In this document: positions 1-7,872 of the stretch, piece after piece
How positions within the stretch are numbered: position 1 is the stretch's first letter
Layout: each line of letters starts with the position of its first letter
IMG/VR virus record: IMGVR_UViG_3300046747_000361
Length of the DNA stretch: 62,133 nt
Source: a virus
Reading direction: 5' to 3' (one strand)
Notes under the pieces: generated by a model
Seen by the model: the letters and a program-made list of their open reading frames with translations, nothing else
Databases searched by the model: none
Told to the model about the DNA's origin: nothing
Position numbers and translations under genes: made by a program

Positions 1-1544
1 TGCCGGATCGAACCAAGCGCCCATCGATTGTTGTCGGGAAAAAATCGAGCAACCGCACTGAAGTACTCCTCTGGATCCCAGCGTGTTTCCCATGCACGCA
101 TGATTTCTGCTGCGCGCCAGTCATCGACGAGGGGATCACCGTCTTGTCGTTTCCTGTTCATCGAGGCGCGCAGTCGTTTGACCGACATAACGCCCCAGCC
201 GCCAAAGTTGACTTCTTTTGATTGGTCTCGGTGCAGCGAGTACGGCTTCTTCTTCTTGTTTGCGAGCATCTCTTCGTAAGAGACACCCATCAAGCCGCAG
301 CCGACGTCGCAGTGCACATCGCGATTGTCGTTGAGCGCATCGGCCAGCTTGCGACTGGCACCCAACCATATCTGCGCCTGCGCAACCGTGACGAGCTCGT
401 GCATCGCGTAGTCGATGTCGACCAGTGCGTAGCCAGGGCGCGCAATAAAGCAGTTGCGCATCCGCCCGACCTTCGGGAGGTTTTGCATCTGCACGCCGAC
501 CCACAACTTTGGGATGCGTGTACTGCACCGACCGTTCTCGAGCAGGTTGACGAACTCGGTCTGGAGCGGAAGGCCCTTGCTGCCTTCCTTGAGCATCTCG
601 ACCTTGCTGATCGTCGTGGCTGCGCTCGTGTAGAGCGAGTACGCCTTGAGTACCGGATCGCCGCTGTCACGAGTCGCTTCTGCGTTGAGACAGACGCCTT
701 CCTTCGGCGTGCGCTTGACCTCGATGCCAGCCTCTGCGCAGACACGCTCCATGCGCTCGCGCGCACGCTTCATGTCTTTCGTGCCGACCTTGCTGGGCGG
801 GACACGCTTGCCGTCGAGGTCGACAGAGCCGCGGATCAGACCATGCGCGAGCAGCGTCTGCCGGGCCTTCTCGATCTCGGCGTGAACTTCGGAGAGGTAC
901 AGGTCACAAGTCGCGCCGTCCGTGATGATGCCTCGGTGCACCATCTTGCGTCGGGCAAACGCGAACAAGGTTTGACGGGGGTCGTCGTCGAGGAGATCGC
1001 GCCAGTGATCCTGAGCGGCGTGCACTTGGCGCGTGCCCTTCGCGTCCTTACGCGCGTACTGCTCTGCTTCGATCGGCCAGTCTTTGAGTGGCACGTCGAT
1101 CAGTTCGCCGTACCTGAGCCGCCACGTGTCCGCGCCCTTGTCCATGGTGCCGAACCCGTGGCGCTCGTAAAGCGCAGCGAGCGAGTATGAGAACTTGACC
1201 TTCTCATCTTCCGCCGCGCGAAAGCCTTCCAACTGACCAGTACCAAGGTCAATCAGTCGCTGTCTGAGCTGTACGTCATGCACGCGTCCTTGTTCGTGTG
1301 CGCGCCATATCTTGCGCTTTAGCTGGGGATACGCACGCAATATGACCCATTGGTCGAAGGTCCCGTTTGCCCACGTGGACTCGCACTCGTCGTAGACATA
1401 GACGAGGAAGTCGAGAGCCTCAGACCAGTGCAGAATCTGAGGCTCATAACTATCGTCGCAGTACGTGACACAAGCGAGGCGGGGGGCGATGTCCTCGCCC
1501 CGACCAATCAGAGCGGTTTCAGTATCGACTGCGTATAGCTTCAC
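1..1544 (-). CDS. Family A DNA polymerase with 3'-5' exonuclease domain, 5' part of the gene (wraps across the window ends, continues at 62006..61631)
   Basis: Absent from the ORF track because its stop lies off this end. My translation of the minus frame from GTG 1544 gives VKLYAVDTETALIG (ExoI DxE), LVDIDYAMHELV (motif A) and RDQSKEVNFGGWGVMS (motif B). GTG overlaps the upstream stop (GTGA). Total 1920 nt, in frame with 61631..62006. Confidence 0.9.
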   Translation of the reverse strand, partial: MKLYAVDTETALIGRGEDIAPRLACVTYCDDSYEPQILHWSEALDFLVYVYDECESTWANGTFDQWVILRAYPQLKRKIWRAHEQGRVHDVQLRQRLIDLGTGQLEGFRAAEDEKVKFSYSLAALYERHGFGTMDKGADTWRLRYGELIDVPLKDWPIEAEQYARKDAKGTRQVHAAQDHWRDLLDDDPRQTLFAFARRKMVHRGIITDGATCDLYLSEVHAEIEKARQTLLAHGLIRGSVDLDGKRVPPSKVGTKDMKRARERMERVCAEAGIEVKRTPKEGVCLNAEATRDSGDPVLKAYSLYTSAATTISKVEMLKEGSKGLPLQTEFVNLLENGRCSTRIPKLWVGVQMQNLPKVGRMRNCFIARPGYALVDIDYAMHELVTVAQAQIWLGASRKLADALNDNRDVHCDVGCGLMGVSYEEMLANKKKKPYSLHRDQSKEVNFGGWGVMSVKRLRASMNRKRQDGDPLVDDWRAAEIMRAWETRWDPEEYFSAVARFFPDNNRWALGSIR

Positions 1545-1774
1545 AATTCGTCTGGATACGGCATCGTCACGACGGGCCTGAGCAACGTCTTGAGAATGCC
1601 GTTCTCTGCCTTGAGGCGCTCGTTCTCGACGAGCAGTTGATTGTAAGAGAGCGCAGCGGCGGCAAGCTCGGACTCATACTGTTCTTCGAGCTCGGCCGCT
1701 TCATGGATACGGGCGAGTAATGCGTCAGCGTAGAGTGTTGCTTCTTGGTTGAGACGCTCGAGAGTTAGCATCAT
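1541..1774 (-). CDS. hypothetical coiled-coil protein
   Basis: ORF track. Heptad-like E/L/A-rich sequence. Stop overlaps the polymerase start. Confidence 0.6.
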   Translation of the reverse strand: MMLTLERLNQEATLYADALLARIHEAAELEEQYESELAAAALSYNQLLVENERLKAENGILKTLLRPVVTMPYPDEL

Positions 1775-1784
1775 GACTCAATCC

Positions 1785-2189
1785 TTACGGTAGAGAGGGC
1801 ACGCGCGGGAACCACCAATAGCCCCGCCACTCAGAGACGAGTCCAACACGCGGCAACGGCTCTCCGCGCGTCACATCTTTTAATCGGCCATCAACACGTT
1901 TCAGCTCACGTACTGCTTGCTTGCGACCGTCAAGCGCCTTGACGAAGTACTGACCTGGCTCTTGCGGTACGTCTAAGTCCCAACGACCGCGGGCGAACTC
2001 CGCCCACGCGTTGATGTGATCACGGGCTTCACATCTCGCTTTGGATTCGAAGAGGGAGAAGCGACCTAGCGGGGCTTCAAGTACCGCTAGGCCGTTCTCG
2101 AGATGATGCACACAACAGGTGCCGTACGTGGACGAGTCGAACGAGTGGGTGGAGAGCGCGATGTCGGACGCGTCGCCGACCTCGTCCAC
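1785..2189 (-). CDS. hypothetical protein
   Basis: ORF track. The frame stays open upstream to 2288 without a canonical start, so the start is uncertain. Confidence 0.55.
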   Translation of the reverse strand: MDEVGDASDIALSTHSFDSSTYGTCCVHHLENGLAVLEAPLGRFSLFESKARCEARDHINAWAEFARGRWDLDVPQEPGQYFVKALDGRKQAVRELKRVDGRLKDVTRGEPLPRVGLVSEWRGYWWFPRVPSLP

Positions 2190-2288
2190 GTACAGCCGAG
2201 AGAAATCGTCTAGTCGTAGCTTGCGCCAGCGGTGTTCGCTGACACATCGGTAGAGCAGTCGATGCTCTAGTTCGTCAACTGGTGACAG

Positions 2289-2837
2289 TTACTTCTTGGC
2301 CTTCTGCGCCAGTGCAAGTGCGTTCGCGCGCGTCTCGTCGTGAGCGAAGAACTCCTTCTTCAGGAACTGGTACTCCTTCACGAAGTCAGGGTCGCTCTCG
2401 AGGCTGGGGTTCTTCTTGAGCTTCTTCTTGCCCTCAGCTTTGAAGTCGTAGTTCGCAGCCAGCTTGATCTTGCGGTTCAAGAACGCGCTTGGAGGCTTAA
2501 TGGAGCCCTCTAGCACTTGGTACCAGTCCTCAGCTTCGATCTTCTCCGCGTCGATGCCGTCGTTCAGACCGACCGCTGCGACGAGAAGGTTCTTGATCTT
2601 GCCGTCAAACATCACATCGTCTTCCCCGATGTAGTGGTTGCGGATGCTGCCGACCGGGTAAGCGTTGGTGTCTACACTCAGGATCTTGAGGTCGACTACC
2701 AGGGCTTGCGTGCGTGCCTTGGTGTTGATGGATTTCCATCCAACAATCAGGCACTCATAGTTACCGGGGAGATTAATGTAATTGCCGCCAGAGCTGGCGT
2801 TGACTTTATTCAGGTCTCGTTGCGCGAAAACGCCCAT
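2289..2837 (-). CDS. putative ssDNA-binding protein (DUF669 / gp2.5-like pattern)
   Basis: NLPGNYECLIVGWKSINTKARTQALVVDLKIL resembles the N-terminal OB-like signature of DUF669 phage proteins. Acidic/basic C-terminal tail. Sits in the replication operon. Confidence 0.4.
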   Translation of the reverse strand: MGVFAQRDLNKVNASSGGNYINLPGNYECLIVGWKSINTKARTQALVVDLKILSVDTNAYPVGSIRNHYIGEDDVMFDGKIKNLLVAAVGLNDGIDAEKIEAEDWYQVLEGSIKPPSAFLNRKIKLAANYDFKAEGKKKLKKNPSLESDPDFVKEYQFLKKEFFAHDETRANALALAQKAKK

Positions 2838-2874
2838 GCCAGTTTATGACATGAATGTTCCAGGCTTTCCAGGT

Positions 2875-3003
2875 TCAAGGTCGGGTCCCATTACGATTTT
2901 TTGATATCAGCCAAGTAGCACAGGTGAATAGTTGAGTAGCTAGCCACGGGTACTGAGCACGATGAGCCCATACGCCGAGCATGAGAAGGATCCTAACGAA
3001 CAT
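2875..3003 (-). CDS. possible small hydrophobic peptide (42 aa)
   Basis: Internal ATG of track ORF 2875..3072 (MFVRILLMLGVWA...). Fills an otherwise empty gap. Confidence 0.2.
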   Translation of the reverse strand: MFVRILLMLGVWAHRAQYPWLATQLFTCATWLISKNRNGTRP

Positions 3004-3298
3004 GGGGCGTGGCCCTTCGCTTGTGGTCTTTGTACTGGACGGTGAGCGTGCGCATGAGCACGCCGATCGCAATGCGGATGAACTGGATCTCGATGTCTAC
3101 TGTCAGTGCCGAGACAGTGCCCATCAAGCGTTTGGCGATGAACGTGAGATCGTCCACGCGCTCTGACACGATGAGCCAATAGCCGTCGTGGTTGACCGCG
3201 TGTCGGATGTCGACGCGAACGTCTCGGCTACGCGTGAACGGGTACTTCACCTTGAAGAAATGAGTGAGATCTAGCGCTTCCATCGCGCGCCCTTCCAT
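2993..3298 (-). CDS. hypothetical protein
   Basis: ORF track; operon packing. Confidence 0.5.
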   Translation of the reverse strand: MEGRAMEALDLTHFFKVKYPFTRSRDVRVDIRHAVNHDGYWLIVSERVDDLTFIAKRLMGTVSALTVDIEIQFIRIAIGVLMRTLTVQYKDHKRRATPHVR

Positions 3299-5079
3299 GA
3301 GTTGACAGTTGATAGATCACTCACGCACCAGTCACAGAGCAGCAGACGTGAGCTTGCGTTGCGCCCGAGTGCGCGCTCTGCGATCGCACCGGTTCTCGCC
3401 GCCGTCACGGCCTCCCAGTTCTCGCGCACAGTGAGAACGAAGGTCACTTCGACTGTTGGATCTTTCTGGCCCCTACGGGCGGTCCGGCCTATTGACTGGT
3501 CGAGCTCGGTGGACGAAGGTGGGGGTGTGATGTATAGGTTCTTCGACCACCTGTTTTGCAGGTTGCGACCCAGCATATTTGGTCGAACGGCGAGGACTGC
3601 ACCGGTGCGACCACTGAAGGCTTCGATTGAGCCGTGGTTAGCATCACATCCATTCGCGTGAAAGAACGGCATGTCGGCGAGCTGTGCCAGCTTGCGCCCG
3701 ACGGTTGGTTGCGTGACCCACACAAGGCCACGCTCACTGGCGAGCCATTCTGCCGCAAACTGCAAAACAGACAAGTCAAACCATTCCGTTTTTGTCGTGG
3801 GCTTGAAAGTTGGCTCGATCAACGTCCACGCATCGAGCAGGCCACCGTCGTCGATCTCACCGCGCCTAACAGCAGCCTTTACTTGGGCGGGTGTATCCAG
3901 GCCATACGTCTGCTCGTTGCCTACAATCGACCTGACGAAAGCGGACCACAATGCTCGCGTCTCGCGCCACTCGAGCGGCGGGATCGGGTCGAGCACCTTC
4001 GCGTATCCCGCGCCCAACTGCTTCAGGATCAGCGGCTTCGAATACAGCTCCTCGAAGCACCTCCCGTCGGGGAGAATTAGATCGTGCCAAGCCGAGTCGA
4101 CGAGGTCGTCCATCGCGGGGGTCATGTCAACTCGACAGTCAGCGATGTAAATCGAACAATCGATCGACTCGGCGCTACGGCTGTAGATATTGCCGCGCGT
4201 CTCTTCTACTCTCCGACCCACGCCCTCTCGGCACGCGGTCAGGTCTACCCCCCCTGAGCTGAATCGCGTCAGTGCCCCGAGAGGGCGTCTTTGTCCGCGC
4301 ACGCGAACGTTGAGCGCCTCGCACCACTCGCGAAGCACATCCGGCTCGCGTGGCAATGGAGAGTTTTCACCGAGCAGTAAATCCTGGACGTGGGCGTACT
4401 GGTCGAGGTCCACGCCAGGCGTGGCTGTGAGCACAACGACCGCGACTTCGGGGTGCGCCTCCTTATAGCGACGCAGGCGGCGGAAACGAGCACCCGATGG
4501 GCTTGCGAGGCTGTGCCCCTCGTCCACCACGATCAGGTCAGGCCGTAGCCTGTCCAGGTAGTCAGCGTGAGAAGCGAGTGACAGCTTTTCGACAGATAGA
4601 AACTTATAGCTGTGGCATATTTCCCAGTCCGTAGCCAACGCACGGAACTCTCTGACTGTCTTGTCTATGAGTCTGGCGTAGTTCAGAAATAGCGGAGTTT
4701 TTGCCTCGAGCAGAACTGGCGCCAGGGCCGTCACGAGTGTCTTGCCGCCGCCGAGACTGGCGATGACGTTGCAGGTACGAAGCTCCTCGATCTCGGCGAG
4801 AGCGGCGGCTTGCATCTCGAGCAGCCGGACACCTGGGTTCTTGGCAAACCGCGCCGTGAGCCGGTCGACGTGGTTCTGTGCGTCCTGCCAGCGCCGCCGT
4901 GGTAGCGCTTCGATGCGCTCGAACTCGAACGACTCGCGGACTGGTTCGGACAAAAAAATACGGCCAAGCGTACTATGCTTGGCCGTGGTGTTAGGATCGT
5001 GCCCCGCTTGCTCTAGCAGGGCGGCGAAGATAGACATGTGAGAGTGTGTACTAGACTTGGGACAACGCGTGTTGATCAA
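3271..5079 (-). CDS. SF2 DEAD/DEAH-box helicase
   Basis: SLGGGKTLV (Walker A), VVDEGHS (motif II), VLTATPG (motif III), IGRTARRGQ (motif VI). Alternative start ATG 5037. Confidence 0.85.
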   Translation of the reverse strand: MINTRCPKSSTHSHMSIFAALLEQAGHDPNTTAKHSTLGRIFLSEPVRESFEFERIEALPRRRWQDAQNHVDRLTARFAKNPGVRLLEMQAAALAEIEELRTCNVIASLGGGKTLVTALAPVLLEAKTPLFLNYARLIDKTVREFRALATDWEICHSYKFLSVEKLSLASHADYLDRLRPDLIVVDEGHSLASPSGARFRRLRRYKEAHPEVAVVVLTATPGVDLDQYAHVQDLLLGENSPLPREPDVLREWCEALNVRVRGQRRPLGALTRFSSGGVDLTACREGVGRRVEETRGNIYSRSAESIDCSIYIADCRVDMTPAMDDLVDSAWHDLILPDGRCFEELYSKPLILKQLGAGYAKVLDPIPPLEWRETRALWSAFVRSIVGNEQTYGLDTPAQVKAAVRRGEIDDGGLLDAWTLIEPTFKPTTKTEWFDLSVLQFAAEWLASERGLVWVTQPTVGRKLAQLADMPFFHANGCDANHGSIEAFSGRTGAVLAVRPNMLGRNLQNRWSKNLYITPPPSSTELDQSIGRTARRGQKDPTVEVTFVLTVRENWEAVTAARTGAIAERALGRNASSRLLLCDWCVSDLSTVNSWKGARWKR

Positions 5080-5428
5080 TCTGCTTACGCTTGTCGTACA
5101 TGACAGATGCGTATAGCTCAGTCTCGAGTGTTAGAAGCCAGACGTCAGCTCGCACTCGGGCTGGTACTTGTGCTTGGACTGGTTCGGGGACCGGTACTTG
5201 TACTGGTGCTGGTGCTGTGAATGCGACGGCAAGCGCCGGCTCTGCTTGTGGTGCTTCTTGGACTTGCCAGAAGAACTGATCCTCGCTCACTGGCGTGAAG
5301 AAGAGGCTCCCGAGCTCCAGAGACATCGGGAACGCGTACTCGTGCTCAGGTATTCGAACCGGCGCTGGCTCCTCCGTGATCGAGGCCAGCCACGACTTAT
5401 TGAAAAACGTAGATGCGTCTAGACACAT
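5051..5428 (-). CDS. hypothetical protein
   Basis: ORF track. Confidence 0.5.
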   Translation of the reverse strand: MCLDASTFFNKSWLASITEEPAPVRIPEHEYAFPMSLELGSLFFTPVSEDQFFWQVQEAPQAEPALAVAFTAPAPVQVPVPEPVQAQVPARVRADVWLLTLETELYASVMYDKRKQIDQHALSQV

Positions 5429-5432
5429 GTGA

Positions 5433-5654
5433 CTATTCCTTCCTCTCGCACGCGATGGCGGCGTTCGCTGTGAACACAGCCTCGCGAACCTTGCGGATTG
5501 CTGCTGTCTGATCGGCGCTTGGTGGTGTCAGTTGCACGATCACTTCGGCAAACACCTTCGCGGCGTCTCGGATCTCGCGATAGTAATCGGCCTGTCCGAC
5601 CATGGGTGGGTGATAGGTGAACCAGTTGTCGAGGTCAGATTGGGTGATAGTCAT
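5433..5654 (-). CDS. small alpha-helical phage protein (W-F-x-Y-H-P-P ... ANAAIA signature); possible cyclic-nucleotide sponge family member
   Basis: Start reassigned to ATG 5654 (ATGA overlap with the upstream stop). Signature DNWFTYHPP..YYREIRDAAKVFAEVI..TPPSADQTAAIRKVREAVFTANAAIA. Confidence 0.6.
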   Translation of the reverse strand: MTITQSDLDNWFTYHPPMVGQADYYREIRDAAKVFAEVIVQLTPPSADQTAAIRKVREAVFTANAAIACERKE

Positions 5655-5905
5655 GGCGTCTCTATAACCCAGCACCAGCGCCCGTCCATACGCTTTTCGA
5701 CGCCGACCGTTCGGTGCTTGTGCCAGTACGGAGAGACCGGCCCGACTGCGAGGTACACGCCACTGGACGTGTGGAAAACCGCGGCGGTCTTGTGATTGCT
5801 TGTGCTGTCCACCGGCTGATCGTAGAAGTCAGCGATCGTGCCCATGCGTGAGATCGCCTCGAGCGCAGCGGGGTTCATACGGATGCACCTAAGCTTTTGT
5901 GACAT
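5651..5905 (-). CDS. hypothetical protein
   Basis: ORF track; alternative start 5878. Confidence 0.5.
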   Translation of the reverse strand: MSQKLRCIRMNPAALEAISRMGTIADFYDQPVDSTSNHKTAAVFHTSSGVYLAVGPVSPYWHKHRTVGVEKRMDGRWCWVIETP

Positions 5906-6308
5906 ACCAGTCCCTTAGCGCTTGCGCGTCGCTCAGCGCGTTGTGCGGGTTCTTGGGATTGAGTGCCGGCGTGTTGATAAGGCGCATCGTGAGCAGGAGC
6001 GGCACACACCGGTCCTGCCAATAGAGCTGCGTGCAGAGGTGCTCAAAGTCGGCGGGCCAGTCCGCGATCACCTCGAGCTCGTAGAACTTGCGCAGATACT
6101 GCAACAGCGACTCCTGGAATATGGCGGGACCCATCGCGTCGCGTTCGAGCACGGGAATCACGTGCTCTGCGACCCACGGATGGGTCTTCTCCGGGATCGT
6201 GCGCACCCCGTACCAGCTCGGTAGCTTGTCGTCTTCGGGCACCAGGGCGAGACTGATCAGCTCGCCACCGAAGCTGTTGAACTCGGTATCAAGGAATAGC
6301 TTTTTCAT
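5889..6308 (-). CDS. DEDDh 3'-5' exonuclease (DnaQ/RNase T-like)
   Basis: Start reassigned to ATG 6308 (MKKLFLDTEF = ExoI). HNALSDAQAL = ExoIII H-x4-D. Confidence 0.7.
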   Translation of the reverse strand: MKKLFLDTEFNSFGGELISLALVPEDDKLPSWYGVRTIPEKTHPWVAEHVIPVLERDAMGPAIFQESLLQYLRKFYELEVIADWPADFEHLCTQLYWQDRCVPLLLTMRLINTPALNPKNPHNALSDAQALRDWYVTKA

Positions 6309-6519
6309 ACTTGCGCTGGAACACGCTATCTTTGCAGGGGTAGAACTCGCCTTCGGTACCTTCGATGAGCCAGTCGCCCTTGCGGATTCGTAAGGGTCCC
6401 TCGAGCGTCTGCACGTAATACTCGTTCTCGAGATCGTCGTACTCGATCGCAGGATGTTCGAAGGCATCGAGGAACTGTGCAGCTCGGATCTTCACCGGCT
6501 TGCTTTGATAAGTGTCCAT
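6289..6519 (-). CDS. hypothetical protein
   Basis: ORF track. The start codon abuts the tRNA 3' end. Confidence 0.55.
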   Translation of the reverse strand: MDTYQSKPVKIRAAQFLDAFEHPAIEYDDLENEYYVQTLEGPLRIRKGDWLIEGTEGEFYPCKDSVFQRKYEKAIP

Positions 6520-6594
6520 GGCACAGCAGGCAGGACTCGAACCTGCAACCTTCCGATTTGGAATCGGGCGCTCTACCAGTTGAGCTACTGCTAT
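6519..6594 (-). tRNA. tRNA-Trp (anticodon CCA), CCA end encoded
   Basis: Hand fold of the minus strand: acceptor AUAGCAG/CUGCUGU, D arm GCUC-AACUGGUA-GAGC, anticodon loop UUCCAAA, T arm GCAGG-UUCGAGU-CCUGC, discriminator G, CCA. Confidence 0.85.
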
Positions 6595-6600
6595 AGAGAG

Positions 6601-6816
6601 TTACTGGCCAGCCACTGAGTAGTGTGAGCTGGTGCCTGGCTCGGCTCGCACTTCTTCAACGCACTTGATGCCCATGCCCTGGATTGCAGCGTTTGCCTCA
6701 CACTGGTCGAAGGGCATGTGCTCGAGACAGCGCGTCATGAAGACGTCGTGCTCGGGCGGGTAGTAACAACGGTAGTGAGTACAGCCGGCTAGTAGTGCGA
6801 GGACTAGAGCTTTCAT
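6601..6816 (-). CDS. small lipoprotein (lipobox LLAGC), Cys-rich
   Basis: MKALVLALLAGC signal/lipobox. ATGA-type overlap with the upstream gene. Confidence 0.6.
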   Translation of the reverse strand: MKALVLALLAGCTHYRCYYPPEHDVFMTRCLEHMPFDQCEANAAIQGMGIKCVEEVRAEPGTSSHYSVAGQ

Positions 6817-6995
6817 TTGCAGGTCTTCAGGATCTCAAACATTGAGTAGATCGCCCATGCGTCGAAAGCAGCCATGAACAGGTGGCCGAAGAACTTGCCG
6901 CCGTTCTCTTCCTTCGCTGCGTATCCGGCCCCCAGCAAACAGCCCACGACGCCGAGTGAGAAATAGATGATGAACGAGATTGGTGAGAGCGTCAT
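6813..6995 (-). CDS. small two-TM membrane protein
   Basis: Two hydrophobic segments in the ORF-track protein. Confidence 0.55.
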   Translation of the reverse strand: MTLSPISFIIYFSLGVVGCLLGAGYAAKEENGGKFFGHLFMAAFDAWAIYSMFEILKTCK

Positions 6996-7321
6996 GGTCT
7001 CGGCTTGGGTGCGACTGCGAGCTTGTTGCGGAGGTGGCGCTTCTCTTCTTCACTGATCGAGATGATGTCAGTCATCGAGTTGATGAAGCTGGCCAGCAGG
7101 GAGCGCGTGAAGTCCTGCGAGTCCTCGAGCTTGCGCTCGTACCATTCACTGCGCCCTGCAACCACCTCGGCTATCGCCTTGAGCTCGGCGGCTTGGGCGA
7201 TGAGCTTGTCCCCGCGTGCGTTGTGAGAGTCGAGGCGGCGACGGCCATAGTCCCAGAGCGCGGCGACAGGGAGGATCAGCACAACGGCTGTGATGAGGGA
7301 ATCAAGCATCAGCGTCTTCAT
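6992..7321 (-). CDS. N-terminally anchored coiled-coil membrane protein (Rz/i-spanin-like architecture)
   Basis: TM helix ITAVVLILPVAALW followed by a charged helical region and a Pro-rich C-terminus. Confidence 0.45.
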   Translation of the reverse strand: MKTLMLDSLITAVVLILPVAALWDYGRRRLDSHNARGDKLIAQAAELKAIAEVVAGRSEWYERKLEDSQDFTRSLLASFINSMTDIISISEEEKRHLRNKLAVAPKPRP

Positions 7322-7562
7322 CTCCCACGAACTCGATGTTGTGCTTGTCGATGTCCTGACTGATCGAGACCAGGTCGAGCATCATCACGTCCATCGCCTT
7401 GCGCCGGGACCGCCCCGTCCCATTGGTAATATTCGCCAAGGTGAGGGCGCCGTCCACGATGGATACGCGGTAGCAGTCGTACTGCTTGTCGTTGATTTGG
7501 TTCTTACCGAACACGACGCCAACAAGGTCGACGCACTCGGGTTCTTCGTCCGCTGGGGTCAT
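7302..7562 (-). CDS. hypothetical protein
   Basis: Start reassigned to ATG 7562 (MTPADEEPE...). The longer track ORF runs into the upstream gene. Confidence 0.5.
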   Translation of the reverse strand: MTPADEEPECVDLVGVVFGKNQINDKQYDCYRVSIVDGALTLANITNGTGRSRRKAMDVMMLDLVSISQDIDKHNIEFVGDEDADA

Positions 7563-7563
7563 T

Positions 7564-7872
7564 CTACCTGCTAGTATAAACGACCCTTGCGCCTCGCGCC
7601 TCACATTGTTTTTGAAACTTGCGCGGTTCTGACAGTTGGTCGACTGCATGCACAAGTACGTAATCGATCTCATCGATCTCACGTAGCAGTGCACGAAGTT
7701 TCGGCCGACCTGGTTTCGTGTCTTCGAACCACTCGATCAGCCGCGTTTTCGAGATAGCCGCCCATCTTTCGATGGAGGTGCGCTGCGTCTCGTATACGAG
7801 GGCTGGGTCGGTGGGGATGTGAAACGTGTACGCAAGGGCGCTTGTTCTCAGTACCCGACGCTCTGTGACCAT
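7564..7872 (-). CDS. stand-alone resolvase-N-terminal-domain-like protein lacking catalytic Ser/Arg
   Basis: Aligns by eye to the serine-recombinase catalytic domain: AYTFHIPTD in place of Y-x-R-x-S, DYVLVHAVDQLSE in place of D-x-LVV-x-x-DRLGR, GARVVY. Start ATG 7872 or GTG 7878. Confidence 0.4.
   Translation of the reverse strand: MVTERRVLRTSALAYTFHIPTDPALVYETQRTSIERWAAISKTRLIEWFEDTKPGRPKLRALLREIDEIDYVLVHAVDQLSEPRKFQKQCEARGARVVYTSR

Noticed and set aside
222-1190. 322-aa plus-strand ORF (and the minus-strand ORFs 136..528 and 290..766) at the window start
   Set aside because: These are Arg/Leu/Val-rich shadow frames. The third minus frame translates into clear family A polymerase motifs and joins in frame with the other window end.
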